DNA of 64,000 nt from Octopus vulgaris (GCA_951406725.2 OX597819.1:42966001-43030000), one strand, 5' to 3'. Shown: positions 37,540 to 52,482, counted from the first letter of the stretch. Made by a program: numbers and translations. Notes: generated by a model from the letters alone, not told the origin.

Positions 37540-39788
37540 GTGTGCGTGTGTTTGTGTGTGTATGGAGGAGAGAGATTAACGAAAAAGCAATACAGGGAGA
37601 GCGAGAGATTAATGAAATTGCACTAATATAACCGTAACTTAAGATACTAGTTGAAACTGTATCTGAAGCGTACATACTTAAATTAAGAATGATAACATTT
37701 CTGTGTCATAGGTTGAAACCTACATAATTAATTCATTTGCAATCAGAAGACAACAACAACAATAAAGTTATCTCTATATATCCTGGTCTCAGTGTTTCTA
37801 AGGGTTAAATTAAGAATCAAAATAAGGATTTTAAATATTTGATTGCAGCAAAAGAGAATTTTAAAAATACAAAAAAAAAAAAATTATAAAAAATTGTTAG
37901 GATAGTGAAATAAACTTTCCCTTTGTTAAATGTTATTAATTTAAGTCGTTTGCTGTCAATAAAACAGTGTTTTTTTAAAGTCTTTTGCACTTATCAATTT
38001 AGAAAGGTACTATAAACACGGTTAAAAAAAAAAAGAAAAGAAAAAAAAAATCAATAGCTAGTAAATTGTTCATTGATCTCTAGAGACATAAATGGCAATA
38101 CATATATTTCCCATTAGTTTTTAGAAAGCTCAAGCAACAATAATTCCTTACAATAGCACATCAAATAATACAGAGTATTAATCCACTAGGACATATATAT
38201 TAGTGGCCTGTCTGAAAATTAACTCAAGCATCATCATTATGTGTGTGCGTGCCTGTATATATGTATATGTATGTACGTACACACACACACACGTATATAA
38301 CATCATCATTATGTATGTAGTTACTGTGTGTGCGTGTGATTGTCTAAACAGTGAAAATTAAAATAGTTGTTGAAAGTAAATATAATTTGACTATCAAACA
38401 AACAAATCAACTGAGAACAAATACCTTTATGAGGCTAGAATTACAATTAATAAGTGGTTAAAAGGATATTTTATGTGTAATATTTGAAGTAGTATATTAT
38501 TTCCACTTGAAAATACAACATATATACAAAAAGCTGGAGTGAGTGAGTGAGTGAGACAGAGAGAGTGAGAGAGAGTGTAAAGAACACTAAGTCAGGGTGA
38601 GGTAATTGGTGTGGTCTGATGGATTGCAATTTTTTAATTGAAGCCCTACTAAGGATGACAATATTCTCTGTGGAATTGGCCAAAATAATTGCTGCTAGCC
38701 AAAATGTAGACCAATTTAGGAGTAGTCATAATAGTAGTATATGAACCACTTTCAAGCATTCAAACACCTGAGCTCCAATAGTACAAGTGAATTGATGGAA
38801 TGTTCTGGAAGAAAAAAACCCATTTTCATAATAGATAATAACTTTACTTAAAGAAAGGAAGATGGAATAATAGTAATAATAATAATAATGATGATAATAA
38901 TGGTAATAATAAATAAAAATAATAAAATGAGAGAATATTCTTTCCTGCAACTTGCACCTGAAGCATGAGAATTAGAAGAGGGGAAGGAAGAGAAATAGCT
39001 TTTTTTTTTTATGGTAACGTAAAATAGGTAAAAAAAAACTGCATTCTTTTTATCTAATTCCAAGATCTTTGAACATATTGGGTGAAGAAACAATTTTTTT
39101 TTATATATATATATATATATAGAAGGATAATGTTGAAGGACCGCAGTACTATTATTTAACGTGTGCAGATATTTGTAGAAGTAAATTGTAACAAAGCTGG
39201 ACACTCTCAAAAGGTGGGAAAGAAGATCAAACATGAGCATTGCAACAGTTACAAGTTAATGTTTATGGAATAGATGTATGAGGTATGTATTCTATATGGC
39301 TTTTTACTGGGATGTAGAAAAGAGGCAGAAAATTTTGAGTAGCAGAACCTACAGTAATCCAATCTTCATTTTGAACAGAAAGCTTTAAGATCAAATAACC
39401 CTAACATAACTAGCCTCTTTCAGCCTAATAAATGTCACTCCTCCACCCCAAGAAGAATCATGCATTTTCATTTCTTTAAAAATACGGGGATTTTTTCTTT
39501 TTCTTTGGGGGGGGGGGGGGTTGTGAAGTTGCTTACTCTACCATTTAAAATCCTCTTCCCATTCCTCTTGCTTAGTAACATGTTGATAAAAGTACAGTAT
39601 TTAAATGATGTACAAAGGTACATTCAGATCTTAATACCAATGTCACTTCAAGCAACATATGTAAGGTACAGTTTATTTGCCATAGGATTTGGAGTGGAAG
39701 AGTGAGAAAGAGAGAGAGAGAGAGAGACAGAGATATAGAGACCTAGATCTTACCTCTATACACACGATGATGTGATAGAGGACTTTGA

Positions 39789-39842
<54 letters not shown>

Positions 39843-42800
39843 AATAAAAATTAAAAAATTTCTCAGTGACATTAATGACTCTCAGTATCACTGTGTTTGT
39901 TTGTGAATTTGAATACATACATCGTCTTCTCACATTCACGGACTGACTTACTGAATATTTTAGAACATGCACACAAAAGGTCTCCTTTGTTTAGCTGTGT
40001 GGGTGGACACTTCTGACACCACATTATGTCTGAGTAAATCTGGGAGTTTTTTCCCGCTCAGACACTAATTTCGAACACAGAGTTGAATTATTTCTCTGAA
40101 AATCGTACATGTACGGGAGGTTCCAAACATTGTATATTTTAGATATTCCCAATTCATACAATAAGTCAGGGAAAATAAAAATACAAAAATAACTTTTTTT
40201 TTAAAAAATCTATTTTTTTAAAATTACAAAACAAAACAAAAAAAAAAAGGTCAAAGATTGGATGGAAGAAATGTCAGTCTTTCAACACAATATCAAGAAA
40301 TACCAACTGTAAACTGAATGGGCCCTAAACCCAACTATTCATTTGCTTCCTGTAAAAAACAGATAATCTGTGATAGTAATTGCATCACTTTTGGATAATT
40401 TATCATCGATGCTAATGTCAAAAAGTCCAGCTTTCATGTGACAACCCAAACTAAATAATAAGAATTGGTACTGCACTGCCATAGGTTGAGGATTTACAAC
40501 AACCAAAAAGAAGGAAAAAAATAATGAATATGTAGGAATATATTAACCAGAATAGCAAACTAGAACAGATTTCAGGATGTTGGTGTGATTAAAATAATTT
40601 CTAGCATCTACATACACACACACACTACAAACATTCATAGAAAACACAGATACATAATTATTCAAAATCCTATTCAAGACTGGATAAACAGATCTGCTTC
40701 ACCGCATCTAATGTGTGCTTAATATGGACATAAAGCATATCAAATGGGCCTGGTAATAATATTTTGTACAATAGGGAATGTATCACAGGAGAAGAAGTTT
40801 TACAATTGAAATCCTTTCACAATGCCAATAAATTTATGTCCAACTGCACAGGGGTTAATGCAAATATATAATTTCCAAATACACACACACACACACAGTG
40901 GCTGGCCAAAGTTATAGAGAATTGTACAAAATACCCTGTGGTATTGGATTTCATCTCTTTCACTTTCTGAACTCAAATCTCTCCCAGGCCCTCCACTTTG
41001 CTTTTCAAAGTAGGCAACAAGTAATGGATTATACATATTAATTTTTAAGCTTTTTGCTACATAAGCTTAAATTTTTTTTAAAGTAAGACTTTTATTAAAT
41101 ATACTCTCAAGTCATCAACCAAGAAATTGAGACTGACTTACAGGCAACCACACACACACACAGGTATGGCTGAGTAGACAAGAAAGTTCATTTTGCTACC
41201 GTGTAGTCTTACATCCCGTCTGACAGCACTGCACTTTGGCCAAGCATCTACTATTTAGGCCAAACAGTGCCTCGCCAGTGGGATTAATAGACCGAAACAG
41301 TATGGAAGACAATTATATATGTATGCATTAAGAGTGGGGCATATGTATATGAAGTTGTCATGACCATTTCCTCATGTGAGACCAACTCACTTAAAAAAAA
41401 ATAGCGGCATGTTCACATTCCTGGTGAATATCAAACTATGTTTTCTAGATTTTAGTATAATAAAAAATGATAAAACAAAAAAATTATTTAATAATGAATT
41501 AAGGGTTGGCAACAGCAAAAGCAACACTATCACAAATATGACCCCATCCAAAATAAGCCAACAAATGTAAAATGAACACACACAACCACATACTTTATTA
41601 GCAAAATTTTCAATATGTACAATTTTCTGAAAAAATCTAATTTTTGAAAATTTGGTGCAATTTTATATGAAGATGATCCAACAAACTTGATCTAAGATTG
41701 ATTGAAAAACACACAAAAAAAAAACACAAACTGGAGTTGATATTATGAACTTGACCAAAATACAGTTTTCCAGCCAGATCTCACAACCTAAAAACTGGAA
41801 TTTGACAAAGTAAAAGATTTCTTTTTTTTTTTTTTTTTTTTGTAAAGTAAACAAATTGTGCTGATCAGACTGTTTCGAATAGGCTACCAAAATGTAATGA
41901 CAGATTTCAGCCATAGCCAACACTGAGGAGGAAAAAAAAGGTTGAGTGGAGGAGAATTATGAATTTTAATTTTCAGCAGATTGCTAAGTACACAATGAAG
42001 CAAAGTATTCTTGACAACAATTACTTTTATCTTTTTTCTTTTTTCGAATAACACAGCCTTATGCCAGAAGGTAACTGAACTCAGAACCAAACCTAGCTAA
42101 ATTGTGAGTGAAACCAGTAATTTTATATTCCTCGTTATGTTGCTGGTGTTACTGCTATTAACACACAAATTATTATTATTAACACCATCATCGCTATATT
42201 TATAAGAACAGTACAAAACACCATTGCCATTACTGTAGTAGGCTACAACCCCCCCCCCCACATGCACATAGTTAAATAATTTTGGTTAATAAGCATGAAT
42301 TACATCGTAATTCCATCCAAGTATACACACGCATGCACACATGTATATATCTAAACAAGGCCAGTTTCTAACATTTACATGTAAGGAATATTGGTGAAAT
42401 TTAGATAATTTGTATGAGTAAGAATCCAATAAGTAATAACTATATATATATATCTATACCAATTTAAAATTCTTCAGATGGCATGTAAAACGCAAAATAC
42501 TGTACGTACACACACATTAGATATGTTTTATCAGAGGCTACAAAATAAGAGTAAAACAGAAGTGCCTCTACAATACCATGTAAATCACTAGAGGTACTAA
42601 AACTACTTAATATCATACCATACCATTTCTAACGACTTATCAACATGTCTGCTAAATGAAGTATAACTGGGGCCTTAAACAACCACAATAACTGTTTGTG
42701 ACATAACTATTATGTCGTGTATATTTGTCAAGCTGTAGTAGTCTACAGCCTACATAGAGTACAGGTTTGGTAACAGCTAAGTGTTACATTAGTATGACTA

Positions 42801-43509
42801 ACACTGATTTTAAGTATATTATCGAAACCATGTCGTTCTTTAGTCAGACAAGAAATTTACATGAACCACTCACATGAAAATAAATTACTGGTTATAGTTA
42901 GTTAGAAAAGAGTTTACAGTGACGTTAATCTTGCAATGGTAATTACTAAATGATTAAATATCTAAACTAACTTTGTAATCAACAGCAGCCTTCAAATGTT
43001 CTTAATATATGAATTTTGAAGAAAAATACCCATAACATATTTGTGTGTGTGTATGTGTGTATCTTTTACTTGGTTCAGCCATGCAGGAATATATATATAA
43101 ATGCATATTTATGTGTATACACACACACACACACATTGAGGCATATACATATCTACACACACACACCCAGGTATTTGGTTCCAAGACTGCAACTTAACAT
43201 GTAAGAAGATTTTTTTTAAATTCATAAGCATATATCTATTTTAATGTATATATCATCTTGTGTTTATTTTCATATATATCTTGCTTGACTTTTTTTGTGC
43301 ACTTTAGTATTTGTTCATAGGGAATTGTTTTTTTATTTTTCATGTTTTAAATATGTTCCCTGAGACTGGCAAAGTCAGATAAATCGTCTGAAGTTGGTAT
43401 ATTATTTTCCATTAATTTCTTTCAAAAAAAAAAGAAAAAGTTGAAAAAAACTTGAAATAATGTAGGTTGAGGTATGTCTCTGTGTGTGTGTATATATATA
43501 TATATATAT

Positions 43510-43720
43510 TTCCTTTTATTTATTTAAGTCATTTGACTGTGGCCATGCTGGAGCACCATCTTCAGACAAACAAATCGATCCCAGGACTTATTCTTTGTAA
43601 ACCTAGTACTTATTCTATCAGGTTCTGTCGCTGAACCGCTAAGTTTCAGGGATGTAAACATACCAACATCGGTTGTCAAGTGATGGTGGGGTGACATAAA
43701 CACAGACACACAAACATATA

Positions 43721-43763
<43 letters not shown>

Positions 43764-43925
43764 TGGCAGGCTTCTTTCAGTTTCTGTCTACCAAATCCAC
43801 TCAAGGCTTTGATCAGCCTGAGACTATAGTAGAAGACACTTGCCCAAGTCGTCATATAGCAGGACTGAACCCAGAACCATGTGGTTGGTACGCAAACTAG
43901 TTTCCACACAGCCACTCCTGCGCCT
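43510..43925 (-). mobile_element. SINE A full-length copy
   Basis: Collinear with 12803-13197. Confidence 0.85.
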
Positions 43926-44504
43926 AGACACACACACACACACACGCAGGTCTTAACATATAGGGTATTTTATCACTTAAACATTAAGAGCCGAAATGCA
44001 GACTACTTAAATACTATGTAACTCTATCCTGCAATATAAACATGAAACTGTTACAGCTTATCCATAATTAACCAATGCCTATTACATGAGACAATAACAA
44101 AGGCAGATGCCCTGATAAAGTTATGTAACAAATCAAAGGGTGATAAATGGTTTACTTGATTTAATTTCATCCTGCTATCCAAAGTTGCACTAAAGAACAC
44201 TGAATTTTAAACATTTCATTTTTCTTCATGATGAAAGCAAATCACACGCATGCACATGTGTTTGTGTGTGTGTGTGTGATTAAAAAATTGGACTTTAACT
44301 CAAAGTTTAATTTGAATTATCTTCTTACAGTCGTGTTCTTTTCTTCAGTATAACAATAATAATAATGGTTTCAAATTTTGACACAAGGCCAGCAGCTTTG
44401 GGGCAGGGCTAAGTCAATTAAATCAACCCCAGTATTCAATTGGTACTTATTTCATCGACCCTGAGAAGATCAAAGGTAAAGTCGACCTCAGTGGAATCTG
44501 AACT

Positions 44505-44709
44505 CGTGCTGGTGGCACGTAAAAAGCACCATCCGATCGTGGCCGTTTGCCAGCCTCGTCTGGCACCTGTGCCGGTCGTACGTAAAAAGACCCACTACAC
44601 TCATGGAGTGGTTGGTGTTAGGAAAGGCATCTAGCCGTAGAAACATTGCCAGATCAGACTGGGCCTGGTGCAGCCTTCTGGCTTCCCAGACCCCAGTTGC
44701 ACCGTCTAA

Positions 44710-44710
<1 letters not shown>
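44505..44710 (+). mobile_element. RTE-type 3' UTR fragment
   Basis: gtggttggtgttaggaaaggcatctagccgtagaaacattgccagatcagactgggcc, similar to the 31915-32100 copy. Confidence 0.65.
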
Positions 44711-44788
<78 letters not shown>

Positions 44789-45603
44789 CAACATTATTTA
44801 TTCTAAGATTGGTATCCAGAATTACAAGCAAATGTTCCATATGCGGTGCTCATCTAAACTTACCAATGCAATCTTACATTAATCATCAAATGATAATGTT
44901 ACCAGCCAATTTTGTTTATATCTGCACATTAACAGGTAGATTTATTCAGTGTGTGTTTGTGTATATAGTGTGCAGGCATAGCCAAGTTTTTAAGAAGTTT
45001 GCTTTGCCACTACATTGCTCTACTTTTATTCCAGCAACAAACATATTAGGTAAGAGTCCATTAATATATTATATTATAACCCCAGGTTGGCTAATATTTT
45101 GAGAGTGAAATTTCGCAGATGAAAGCTGAGTGGAATCCTTGTCATATACCCATGCGCACCTGTCTTTTTTTTTATGTTTTATGCACCTGATAGCACTGCA
45201 GGATACAGAAAAAAGTAGCGTTGATTAAGAATTGATAAAATAAGTTCCAAGCTGAAAAAAAAAGTTATGGGGTCACAATAACGGGCTAAAAACCTCTTAA
45301 TATAGAAACCTAGCTTGAGTGTGTAACCCAGCATCTGAAAACAATAACAGCCTATATATTTAAACTACGCTTACCTCAAATGCAGTTACTAAACTGCATC
45401 GTTGACATTACCAGCTTGAAAATAGCGAAGTGAATTTAATAGTCCAGCCAAGAAACAAACCCTAGATAGCTGAATTGCACAAAGGTTTTTTTGTGTCCAT
45501 CTTTAATCTCTTAACTGATTGAATATTGAATGTTTCACTACTTGCTGAACTTCATACCACACACAGTCTCTCTCTCCCCATATATTCATGTGTGTTGTGT
45601 GTG

Positions 45604-45824
45604 CAAAGGGGTGCTAAAAAGTTCCCGGCTTTCAGTAAAAGAAAATACAAGCGGATCAGTTAGTTAATTGTGATTTTAATCAAAGTATTTCCCTCTCACA
45701 TTCGCACACTTATTGCAGTGGTCCTTCAGTATCTCTAAGCTCAGTAAAAGAACTCGGAAAGTTGAGCTTCCAACCAGGCCTTTCATGATATTCCTAAAGC
45801 AAGGAACTTTTCAGCACCACCTTG
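45604..45824. mobile_element. Mariner-like MITE, 221 bp, uninterrupted copy
   Basis: TIRs ggggtgctaaaaagttcccggcttt and aaagcaaggaacttttcagcacc; collinear with the two halves of 56863-57833. Confidence 0.75.
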
Positions 45825-46223
45825 CGTGCACACACACACACATGCACACATACACATGCGCATGCACACACACACTCACCTATATATGCAGGCATGATCA
45901 TGTGGTAAGAAACTTGCTTCCCAACCGTACAATCCCCAGTTCAGTCCTACTGCATAGCACCTTTGGCAAGGGCCTTCTACTATAGCATTGTCAGTGGATC
46001 TGGTATACTGAAACTGAAAGAAACCCATCGTGTCTATGCCTTCCTATGCCTCCCATCACTGCTTCACAACCACTGTTGGTGTTTATATATATATTTATTT
46101 ATTATAACCATGAAGATATACACATGCATATATCCATGGTATAAATTGTAACACACGCTCAAAGCTATGTTGACGTGTGCGAGTGTCTGTAGCATTGTTT
46201 CTATCTCATATTTGAATTGCATA

Positions 46224-46256
<33 letters not shown>

Positions 46257-46257
46257 C

Positions 46258-46452
46258 TTACAATTAATAAGAAGAATGATCACTAAAGTGGATTCCTGTA
46301 TGCTAAAGATAGACATCAAATCACCTTACCACGAAGAATCTGTTCTCAAGAAAAAATCTCAGCAAAACACACTCTTCGTGGTAAGGCGATTTGACATCTA
46401 TCTTTAGCATATAGGAATCCGCTTTAGTGGTCATTCCTCTTATTAATTGTAA
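46258..46452. repeat. 80-bp inverted repeat with 35-nt spacer
   Basis: 46258-46337 versus 46373-46452; 7 mismatches by eye, all transitions; follows (TA)n. Confidence 0.92.
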
Positions 46453-46606
46453 TATAATTTTTAAATCTTAGGACTTTTTTTTTTTTAATATGCTAGACAA
46501 CTGGTTTAAATTGATGTTAATTGATTGATATCAATTTCTACCCTCATCATTTAATTTAAATATATATATATATATATATATGAGAGAGATAATATATAAA
46601 TATATG

Positions 46607-46666
<60 letters not shown>

Positions 46667-47658
46667 CATACATTTATATATACATACATATATACACACA
46701 CATACCCAAATGTATATTTGCCGAGTGTCAAACTAATACACCTGCATGTTATTTATATACCTGTCTTTTGCTTTTCTGTAAATTTCAAATATATATATAA
46801 ATATATATGTGTGTGTCCGCACATGCACACACACACACTTATAATAATACGTGCGTTTTCCATGATGACTTGATAAGTGGTACTGATCCATAAGGACATA
46901 TTTATGTATAAACCATGATGGTGTGTGTGCGTGTGTGTGTATGTATATATACATATACATGTACGTCATTGTGTGTGTGTGTGTGTGTGTGTGTGTGAGC
47001 GCGCGCGCACATTTCTCATACCTTGTAAGAAGACACATAATTTAACAAACCAAACTAAAATGACACGAAAACCAAAGAGAATGACCACAAATAATTCTGC
47101 CCATATAACATTAATCTCTAATAAATGCTGAAAAATATGGCAGTTATTAAGAAGATAACATAAAAATCAGTCATTAATCAAAATTTCAAATTACTCTAAT
47201 CTGCTTTCAGTGTTAAGGTTCGACCCTTTACACTGAATTCTCTGTAGACTAATCTATAATCTAAGCTACAAGTTTCTAATTAGTACTTCTCTGATGATAT
47301 TTGTTCATTCCATTCCCCGTTTTTTTTTTTTTTTTAATATTAATTAAATTTTATTTTATTTGTTTTTCCTAGCTACACTTCCCAGTTTATAAATAGCACC
47401 TTATACATTCCTTGGCAAATGTATTTTAAAAAAGTATTTTCTTTTATAGCAAAAATGTATGTTTTAAGTGCTTAAAATACTATTATATATATAATAATTT
47501 TTTTGCATGAATTGTGTGAATATTAACAGATATGTATATCCAGTTAAAGGAGAATTCCTGATAGCATATGGTAGCTAATATCAGTATAAGAGCTTGTAAA
47601 GCACGCTATTAAGTTATTTACCTAGATGATATTCTATATATATATATATATATATATA

Positions 47659-48058
47659 CTAGCAGTATAGCCCAGTGTTGCTCGGGCTTGTTTTCTTTTC
47701 AACCCTTTAAAATTGGAATTTTTGAAAAGTAAAAATTTTGCATTATGTAGCTTGTTATTTTCTTTAAGTGAACATTTTTCTGGTTGAAATACACCAAAAA
47801 ATGGCGACACAGCGGTAAAAAAATCATTAAAAATAGGGATTTTCATAGGGAAAAAAAGCACCTTTTTGATGTAAATAATTTTTGGTGTTAACATGGTCTG
47901 ATTTGAATTTTTTCTTCTACGGAACGAAGAGCAAGCCTTCTTCTATCATACTTTCAATTTTGGTCAACTTGCGCTGCAGGGTCTCGGAGGAGATAGTGTT
48001 AGTTGAAGGCTACCAAACCTGACATACACAGACAACTTCAGCTTTATATATATAGAGA
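47659..48058 (-). mobile_element. Non-autonomous Helitron (about 400 bp)
   Basis: Minus strand starts A|TC(TC)TATATATATAAAGC and ends with hairpin gcccgagcaacactgggc, then tatactgCTAG|T. No TSD; lies in a (TA)n tract. Confidence 0.8.
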
Positions 48059-48514
48059 TAGAGATATACACATATCAACACACACACATAAGTATATGTG
48101 TGCATATGTATATATACAGAGAGAGAGAGAGAGACATTGAACAAAACCTGAAAATAGTTAAAGTATACACAGAGAAACCCTATAAAACACTAAAAGTGTC
48201 CAATTAATTTTCAAGACATTTAAAAAAAGAACTATTGAAGCTCATTCTGAAATAGTGGTGTTGGGTAGTAGCGACACCTCTCAATATCTCATAAAAACAA
48301 TCGGAAGTATAGCATTTCCCTCCATTTTTTTTTTTTTTTGGTGGGGGGCATTACAGAAAAAAATCATCATTAAACAGGAGAAAAATTGAAAACACAGGGC
48401 TCAAGGAAGGGTTTATGATAAAACGGGGTACTACCTTAATAAGAGCGAATACATACATACATACATATATAGATGTGTGGTCTAGACATATAGACATACA
48501 TACAACACACACAA

Positions 48515-48571
<57 letters not shown>

Positions 48572-49807
48572 TAGATAGATAGATAGATCAATGTGGGCAT
48601 AGATATATAAAAGCATTCGAACATACTCACACATTTGTGTAAATACACATGAATATTGAATATTAACACACACAATCAGGCGGAAAAATTATTACATGAC
48701 TTGTAACTTTCTATTGATAACAAAAACTAAGTTTATGAGAGAGAGAAAGAGACAGACAGACAGACAGAAATAGAGAACCAATGAAATAAAACTTTTTTTT
48801 CCTGTTTCTGAAAAAGTACACACTATCTAAAAAGTATATAAATTATAATTTAAGAAAATAGCCGACAACCACAAGTGAGAAATACTCCGAGTAAACTAAG
48901 AATTTGATTTTGAAATGGGAAGGAGTAACATTGAAACCCAGTATTTATGAGGAATATGAAAATTATGCACTTAAAAAATAGGTTACTAAAAGAAAAAGAA
49001 AAAGAAAAAAAAATGACAATTATCCAATAAAAATGCAATAGCTACTTATTTTAGTACGCTAATGTATATTTGCTGGGTGGGATGATAAAAGAAGTATGAA
49101 AGAAAAAAACTTTTACGCACAAAAGGAGCTCACCTTTAGAGCCCATCATCTATAAGCTGGCCAGTACTGCTACACCTATCATTCACAACAACTGTATGTG
49201 TGTGTGTATATATACATGCATATATATGGATATGTATATGCATGTACACACACACACACACAAAGACAAACACGTGTACACATAAACAAGTGCGATGTCA
49301 AATTATGCAATTAAAAGACATTGAACACTGCTTAATTCAAATCAAACTGTCTAATTTGAAATAGCATCTTTAATTATTGTTTTCTTCACAACAAGAATAT
49401 TGGTGATGTTTTGTGCTGAAAGGACAGCGACTGATGAACAGCACGTACGTATAATGACAACAAGCACTGAATGCCCTCATGGCATGACGGCCAGATATTG
49501 ATTCTGTGTGCTGAAGAAAGTGTAGAGCGTAGGAGAAGAAGCAGCAGAGAATGTTGTACCATAACTGACCTATGTATCACAAAGGTGTACTGGACAGGAA
49601 AGGAATGGAAAAACAGGTGTAACTAACCAATCAACCAGGTGAATGCAATATCCATTGACAGCTGGCTGTTGTTGCTTTTAACTAAGGCAGAATGCATGCA
49701 GTCAATTGCATTGATTGTATGACTTTCAAACCACCAAGCTAAACAGTGCTAATGTTAGCACAACATAGCAACTGTCAGCCTAATCTCCCTCACTTTTTCT
49801 TTTCGAA

Positions 49808-49865
<58 letters not shown>

Positions 49866-50329
49866 ACGAAAACAAAATTTGTTTATAAATTTCACAGACA
49901 GAAAAAGAAAGAGTGTGTGTGTGTGTGTGTGTGTGTGCGCTGAAAGCTTCACCCAAAAGTTTTAGACCTGTTTTAATGTTCTGCATTATTAATAAGAGAA
50001 AAACTAGAAGGCAAATAAAAACTGGTAGTCTGTAACTTTAAATTTGGTCATTCGCGCACACACACAAGGTATGGGTATGCTTAAATGCAAATACACACAG
50101 ACATGCAAGGTGGGGGAGTAGAACACAATACTTAAAATAGATGAGAAAATACATGAGTGAATCAAGGCTATAGACCAGTGTTTCTTAACCTTTTTACCTT
50201 TGCATAACCCTTAAAATAAATTACATGTCTCAGGGAACCCCTTCACAAAAATAAAAAACCCTATCTTTCCCATATTTTTTCCTCATAGTTCACATGGTAA
50301 ATATCATATATATATATATATATATATAT

Positions 50330-50534
50330 ATAACATAAGGGACTAAAGCCATCTGAATATGGCTAGGGACAGGGCAGGGTGGTGGGGGTGTTACTGTTGC
50401 ATTTAGCCCCAGGCGAACATCGACGTCACCAGAAAGGCTAGACACCGTCACCTGGGGCTAAATGCAACAGTAACACCCCCACCACCCTGCCCTGTCCCTA
50501 GCCATATTCAGATGGCTTTAGTCCCTTATGTTAT
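50330..50534. repeat. Perfect 84-bp inverted repeat with 37-nt spacer
   Basis: 50330-50413 is the exact reverse complement of 50451-50534; follows a (TA)n tract. Confidence 0.95.
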
Positions 50535-51299
50535 CGAGCAGTTACTGTCTATATCTCTTTTAGAGAATTATTATTGCTATATATATATATATTTATATAT
50601 ATTACAATCCCTGATAATATTCAATCATAAAAATCCAGTAGAATTTTTTTTATATATAACAAATGGCTATGGAGTTCCAGTAGAGCCAAATAGAAATCAA
50701 AAAAAAAAAAAAAAAAAAAAACTGGATGAGAACCATAGCTTCAAGCTCTTGGAATGACTGATTTAAGTTCTCTGTTGCTATAAATAAAGTGACACACACA
50801 CACACACAAAGGACAGAATTCCTAAAGTTATTATTTACAGCTGAACAATTCTTTGCTCTTTCTCTCAACAATTCTTTTAATAATATGAATGGATGTGTTA
50901 AGAGTTCTTCATGGAAACTGTTTCAGCTCCTCCTCTTCCTTCTACTTGTATGCACATACTCTCTCCTTTCCTCTCATTCTTCCATTCTCTCTCTTTTTCC
51001 ACCCACTAAGGACAATCTTCAGGTAATTTAAATGAATATAGATTAATATTATTACATCAACAAGCTGTGCTATTTAGGCAAGCAACTGTACTGTTCTTTA
51101 TTTGTTCGATAAAAAGAGATTCAGACAGACCACACACATCAGCAAGAGAGCAACAAGTACTGCTGGAGAGTCCGAAGTCTTGACAGGCAAGTTCAGGACA
51201 AAAGAGCTTTTCAATAACAAACTGAGTGCAGTACACTGACCCAGCAGAAGGTGTGGGCGAACAAAATACACATAGAAACATCTGTTTGCCATATAATTG

Positions 51300-51356
<57 letters not shown>

Positions 51357-52482
51357 AGAGACTAAATGAGTGACAGAGGGACAGCACGAGAAATGATCAA
51401 TAAGTTTTAAACAACAATTTCCTTCAGGAAATCCTCGAAAAATCCAGGCTCAGGGAGAACAGAAAATAAACAAAATACATAAATGAAAATAAAATATTTT
51501 AAACACAAAAAATGAAGATCGAAAAATAATAATAAATATTGGATTTCTTTTTATAGTGATTTTCTTTATCTTTATAAACTATTTGAAAAAAGATCAAAAA
51601 AAAAGAAAGAAAGAAAGAAAGAAAGAAAAAAGCAAATGCTAGAATGCTTTTACAGTGCTTTTGAAACCACAATAATTTGACATTTAATTTGGCATTTAGA
51701 GAAATAAACATGGAAATATATTTCTCTGGAAAGTATGAATCAGTTCCTATGATATATTTATTGTTGCATGCATTGTTAAAAAGACCAAAAAATGCATCAC
51801 CACCAAGTTCTAACAAAAAACAAAACAATAAAATAAAATACAATAAGGATTACAGGTTACATACGATTGACCTGTATATACAGATACATTTTTACAGCAA
51901 TTAATTTTATTCTAAAATATTCGTTTGCTTTGTTTATTTGTTTGTCTTACGTCTGTTTTACTATGCCAGCATGGGTAGGATGAATGCATATTATTGAAGT
52001 CATGTTTTGCAACCCAAGCACTTTATCCTGTCGCTAACCCTTACATGTTTCTCAAATCAGAAAATCAGAGGCTGATTTTACTGAAAGGGAACGTCAACAA
52101 ACACTGCAGTTTGCTCTTTAGATCAACACATTTACGCAAAGTGCAAAGAATGAACTCCCTCTCTCCCTCTCTCACATACACATACACACAAACACAATTT
52201 AATTCATTTCTGAAGGTCATTCATCACCCTAAATATTTGTAAATCGAAACTATTTTTCCTACAAGAAATTCAAGAGAAAGCATTGCAAATTCAAACAGGG
52301 ATATACACTGTGCAAAAGCTAGGAAACAACTGACACCTTTCCGCAAATACTTCCAGCTGCTTGCCAATCATTGTTGTCAGCTTGTGTGTTTGTTACTCAA
52401 GACACCATTCGTTATCCAAGACATTTCATGTTTGAAAAATTCTTCATAAACCAATTTGTTTCTGATGAGAGGCATTGTCACA

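Noticed and set aside
40027-40064. Small bulged hairpin tgtctgagt...gctcagaca
   Set aside because: Short enough to arise by chance in 64 kb.
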